From Hyphomicrobiales bacterium (GTDB lineage: Bacteria; Pseudomonadota; Alphaproteobacteria; Rhizobiales; Beijerinckiaceae), in assembly GCA_019246665.1 (NCBI GenBank), contig JAFAQA010000524.1, forward strand, positions 1-59,267: a stretch of DNA of 59,267 bases, written 5' to 3'. Numbering within the stretch: the stretch's first letter is position 1; every line of letters begins with the position of its first letter. The notes under the pieces were generated by a model, which ran no database searches, had not been told where the DNA came from, and saw nothing but the letters and a program-made list of their open reading frames with translations. The translations under genes were made by a program, and so were the position numbers. This document shows positions 55,443 to 59,267 of the stretch, one piece after another.

Positions 55443-56705
55443 ATGCGCAAGGGCATGGTACTCGCGTATGCGGCGGCTTGCGTCGCGCTCGCCAATAGCG
55501 GATCTGCGCAAGCTGCCGATAAACTCAAGGTTGGCGTCACCGCGACGCTCGAAGGCACGTACACCGTGCTAGGTGAAGACGGCATGCGCGGCTACGAGCT
55601 CGCAGTGAAGGCTCATAACGGGAAGGCCGGGGGCAGGGAAATCGAGACCATCGTCGGGTCAACGGATGCCAGTCCGGACTCAGCGCTGCGGGCCGCCAAG
55701 AAGCTGGTCGAACAAGATAAGGTCGACGTCCTTATCTCCCCGCTCTCGGGCGCAGAAGGCATCGCGATCAGGGATTATTCCAAGACGCAGCCGCAGATCA
55801 CTGTCATCAACGCATCCTCTGGTGCGCTGGAAACCACTTATGTGGACCCCTCCCCCACATTCTTCCGCTTCAATATGGACGGTGCGCAGTGGCATGCCGG
55901 GCTTGGCGACTACATCTACAACACCAAACACTATAAAAAAATTGCTACGGTCGCAGAAGACTATGCGTTCACGTATACCCAAGTTTTTGGACTGGCACTG
56001 GAGTATTGCCAACTAGGCGGGCAGATCACCAAGAGGTTTTGGGTGCCGCTCGGTACCAAGGATTTCGCTTCGGTCATCGCGGCGCTCCCTGATGACGTGG
56101 ATGCCATTTACCTCGGACTTGGCGGCGCCGACGCCGTGAACTTCCTCAACCAGTATCAACAAGCCGGCGGCAACGCCAAGCTCATTGGCGGGTCGATCAT
56201 GGTGGACCAGACGGTGCTGTCGTCGAAGGGGAAAGCGAAAGAAGCGCTGGTCGGTGTCGTCGCGGCAAGCGGCTCTGCCGATACCGATCCTGATCCGAAA
56301 TGGCAGGCGTTCGTGAAAGCCTATCAGGAAGCCTGGCCGGCCGATAAGCGCTTTGCCGCTCCATCGCTCCTTGCCATCAGCTACTACAATTCGGCGGATG
56401 CGGTGTTTCGTGCGCTCGACCAGGTCAACGGGGATCTCAGCGACGGCAATAAGAAGTTCCGCGAAGCCCTGAAGAACATGGTTCTGGACGCCCCGAATGG
56501 GAAAATAACTCTGGACGAAAATCGCCAGGCCATTGGCACGAATTTCGTGACAGAAGTCGTGAAGGACGAGCGTGGCGATCTCGTCAGCAAGGTCGTCAAG
56601 GTCGTCCCGAACGTGCAAGAACGGCTCGGGTTCTCAAAGGAAGTCTTCGACAAGATCGGCCTGCCCGGACGGGATGTGCCCGAGTGCAAGAAGAGCTATC
56701 CATAA
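55443..56705 (+). CDS. LivJ/K-type ABC substrate-binding protein
   Basis: Sec signal, KVGV...EG.Y, KLVEQDKVD and DYAF; RBS GGAGG; divergent from the AraC/operon. Confidence 0.9.
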   Translation: MRKGMVLAYAAACVALANSGSAQAADKLKVGVTATLEGTYTVLGEDGMRGYELAVKAHNGKAGGREIETIVGSTDASPDSALRAAKKLVEQDKVDVLISPLSGAEGIAIRDYSKTQPQITVINASSGALETTYVDPSPTFFRFNMDGAQWHAGLGDYIYNTKHYKKIATVAEDYAFTYTQVFGLALEYCQLGGQITKRFWVPLGTKDFASVIAALPDDVDAIYLGLGGADAVNFLNQYQQAGGNAKLIGGSIMVDQTVLSSKGKAKEALVGVVAASGSADTDPDPKWQAFVKAYQEAWPADKRFAAPSLLAISYYNSADAVFRALDQVNGDLSDGNKKFREALKNMVLDAPNGKITLDENRQAIGTNFVTEVVKDERGDLVSKVVKVVPNVQERLGFSKEVFDKIGLPGRDVPECKKSYP

Positions 56706-57204
56706 AGGACACGAAAAACCTCGACGCCGTGGCCGGCTTCCCAATCACCGGATCGTCACCCCCTACGACCTGGGCAACTCACCCAAGCTCAGGCTCCCGG
56801 CCACCGTCGTCCGGTCATGCTGCCGATCAGCGCGGGGGCACCAGGAAATCCCTGGTGCTCCTCTGTTGCCGAGTGCAGCGATAGGGGGTGACGGTTCTTC
56901 TTCTAATCGGTGTCCAGATGAAAACCCGTTGTGATTTTGGCATTTCGCTCCGTAACATCGCGGCGCGCCCTCCGGTTTCATCGCTATGTTACACGTCGAG
57001 TCATTACAGCAGGGTTATGAAGGTGACGACAACGATGGCATGGGTGTCGAGATCATCGGGGGAATCAATCCGGCGATGGCGAATAAACACATGAAGGCGA
57101 TCGAGAGAAGGTGTTAACGGTCGAAGGCTGTGAGGCTTGGGCGCCTGCTTTAGGCGGCTCGCCAGCGGCCACTGTCGCAAGTCACCACGGCTGGACCCAG
57201 GACT

Positions 57205-58020
57205 TCATCTGATCTTCTCGAAATCGCCGTGCCGGCCGAGACCGTCCTTGAAGCGCGTCGCTCCCGCTACGCCGTCCTCGATCAGCGCTTGACGCCCGTT
57301 ATACCATTCTTGGATCAGGGCCTCACGTACAGCCAGCCCGTGGCTCCTGATAGCGGAGCGTCGATCAGCGCGCACGCATACCTGCGGAAAGCGCGCGATC
57401 TCCCGTGCCAACTCCTCTGCCTTTGCCCGAGCGCCGCCCCTGGGCGTGACGTATTCGCACAATCCAATTTCCAAGCATTCCTCCGCGGGCACTTTTCGTC
57501 CTGTCAGAATGATCTCCAGGGCGCGGCCCTGACCGACGATACGCGGCAGGCGCACGGTTCCCCCGTCGATCAACGGCACGCCCCAGCGGCGGCAATAAAC
57601 GCCGAAGTAGGAGCCCTTCGCCATCACCCGGAAGTCGCACCACAGGCCCAACTCCATGCCGCCGGCGACCGCCGGACCCTCGATGGCGGCGATCACCGGC
57701 TTGTCGAGCTCCAACCGTGAGGGTCCCAGGGGTCCGCGCGGAATTTCGCCGCCATTGCCGCGCGGGGCGGCGACCGGAATGTCGAGCTCGCCGAGCGGAT
57801 AACCGCGATCGAGCGTACTAACGTATTTGAGATCCCAACCCGCACAGAATGCGCCGCCCGCGCCATAAAATACCGCAACGCGCGCTCCCTTATCGGCATC
57901 GAATTCGAGAAAAGCGGCGGTCAATGCATCGGCGCTTTCAGGGTCCATTGCATTGCGTGCCGCCGGCCGGTCGTGAATGACCGTCCAGACTGCGCCGTCT
58001 TTCTCGATTCTGACCGTCAT
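57205..58020 (-). CDS. Enoyl-CoA hydratase/crotonase family protein
   Basis: RPAARNA, FCAGWDL, KPVIAAIEGPAVAGGMEL and RRWGVPLIDGGT motifs. Confidence 0.92.
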   Translation of the reverse strand: MTVRIEKDGAVWTVIHDRPAARNAMDPESADALTAAFLEFDADKGARVAVFYGAGGAFCAGWDLKYVSTLDRGYPLGELDIPVAAPRGNGGEIPRGPLGPSRLELDKPVIAAIEGPAVAGGMELGLWCDFRVMAKGSYFGVYCRRWGVPLIDGGTVRLPRIVGQGRALEIILTGRKVPAEECLEIGLCEYVTPRGGARAKAEELAREIARFPQVCVRADRRSAIRSHGLAVREALIQEWYNGRQALIEDGVAGATRFKDGLGRHGDFEKIR

Positions 58021-58185
58021 GGTCGCTTCCTTCGATAGCTAAATTGTTCGAGCAATGTAGTGCGGCAGATAGTGAAGACCCAGCGAGTTCCTGCGACTAT
58101 GGCAGACATTCTCACACGAAAGGTTGGGGAATTCGCTTCGAGCCAAGGAACCTGTCGTCATGGCGCTTACCGGGGTAGGCTTTTC

Positions 58186-58713
58186 TTATTGGGCACGCCC
58201 CGAGCAGACATCCAATGGTTGTCTGGTGGCAAATGTGGCTTTCTGGGCTGAAGACCTCGGCTCGAAGCGAGTCCAGTTCTCACCACCACAGAGGAGCCCT
58301 AGTACGCACCCTTCTATTCGCAATGTACTGGGATCCAGCATGCTGATATGGGCAGTGTAGGTCTTGCCGTTCTTGGCGTTGTAGACCTCTCCGTCCCAGC
58401 GGCCATCCGGGCCTGGTTTCATATCCAAGAGGACGGGAAGTCCGAGCGTCGGCCGGGCACGCTTTGTGGGATCTGGATTTTGGACATCTTGACCGCCGGG
58501 ACTCTCTTCCCAAGAGACCGCGCCCCACATTACGCCCCCGCAATCCTCGATGCGTATCCTGGCGGTCCGGTCGTTGACCAGCCACTCTCCCACCGGGCTT
58601 TTGTCGGTCCTATGGGCGAGGCCGCTCCTGTTGGAATGGCTCTGTTCTTCAGTGGCCAGGGCGGTGCCGCCGATAATCATGACGGCACAAACTGCCAGAA
58701 TTTTTAGTCGCAT
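58186..58713 (-). CDS. DUF2147 family exported protein
   Basis: Signal peptide, PVGEW, D..NPDP..R.RP..G, W.G.VYN...GKTY and GCVLG.LC....WTR motifs. Confidence 0.88.
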   Translation of the reverse strand: MRLKILAVCAVMIIGGTALATEEQSHSNRSGLAHRTDKSPVGEWLVNDRTARIRIEDCGGVMWGAVSWEESPGGQDVQNPDPTKRARPTLGLPVLLDMKPGPDGRWDGEVYNAKNGKTYTAHISMLDPSTLRIEGCVLGLLCGGENWTRFEPRSSAQKATFATRQPLDVCSGRAQ

Positions 58714-59267
58714 TGCTGTTGTCGGTTGCTGGCCCATTGACCGGCCGCTACGGCGCAGCGCCTCATCACGAGCCCGGATGGCGGCGGTGAATGGAGGCTG
58801 ACAGCCAACTGCTTGAACGACCGAAGTGGCCAGCCACTTTTGCAAGCTGGCAGGGGTGGTTGCGGGAGCGGATCTCGACGCGTTCGACATCTGCGAGCAC
58901 TGTGCACGATCTTCCGCATCAAGATTTGTTCTCGTCGACGTGGTCCAAGCGACACCCTTTCGAGCTTCGCTGCTGTCGGTTCCAGGGATATTGGTGTTCG
59001 CCGCTCACCTGGATCGGGCGCTTTTCCCTCCACGATCGCCGCAAGCGCGTCGCCATCATCTCTTGAAAATTCAGCGCGGGCAAGCCTATTAGTCGCCATG
59101 CCGCGACACTTGGCGAGTTCACCGATCAAAGAGCGCGGAGCGGCCTCTGCTCGAGGCGCAACTGCGAGAGGCTCTGTCGAGAACGGATGTTGCGATCGCC
59201 TCCTTCTGCATGTGCCGTAACGTCGCGCTCACCCTTGGATGCTGCGATTAGGTTGAGTACTTGGCGA

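Noticed and set aside
58704-59267. ORFs at the right edge of the window
   Set aside because: No recognisable motifs or RBS, and the overlapping frames conflict.

Overview
GC-rich alphaproteobacterial (Hyphomicrobiales-like) accessory-metabolism region. It contains no rRNA, intact tRNA or CRISPR array. Bases 1-8.5 kb are a mosaic: the 3' part of a PAS histidine kinase, a frameshifted IS110 relic, pseudogene fragments, a pgl-rpe-[rpiA-gluconokinase fusion] cluster, and an AT-rich palindromic repeat element ending in a tRNA-3'-like sequence. Bases 8.5-35 kb hold three transport/catabolism units: (i) aroQ, a GntR regulator and a polar amino acid ABC system without an ATPase; (ii) an IclR regulator with a PotABCD-like ABC system, an opine-oxidase-like trio and a crotonase/CoA-ligase/class II aldolase unit, whose two promoters share a 27-bp operator-like motif; (iii) divergent amidohydrolases, a DUF1028 protein and a PotABCD-like ABC system. 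The standout is a tightly packed 17-gene, ~19 kb minus-strand operon (54211->35110) next to an AraC gene and a divergent Liv-type binding protein. It encodes a Liv-type ABC transporter whose LivF ATPase is fused to a UPF0261/Tm-1-like ATP-binding domain, a TIM-barrel (Tm-1 C-terminal-like) protein, a ~950-aa flotillin with 44-aa (4x11) coiled-coil repeats, two SRPBCC proteins, a four-subunit molybdenum hydroxylase, a MoxR/vWA pair, and three lactonase-family hydrolases of different folds, one fused to a Cys->Ser isochorismatase-like domain. Substrates are not identifiable from sequence alone, and no database searches were run.
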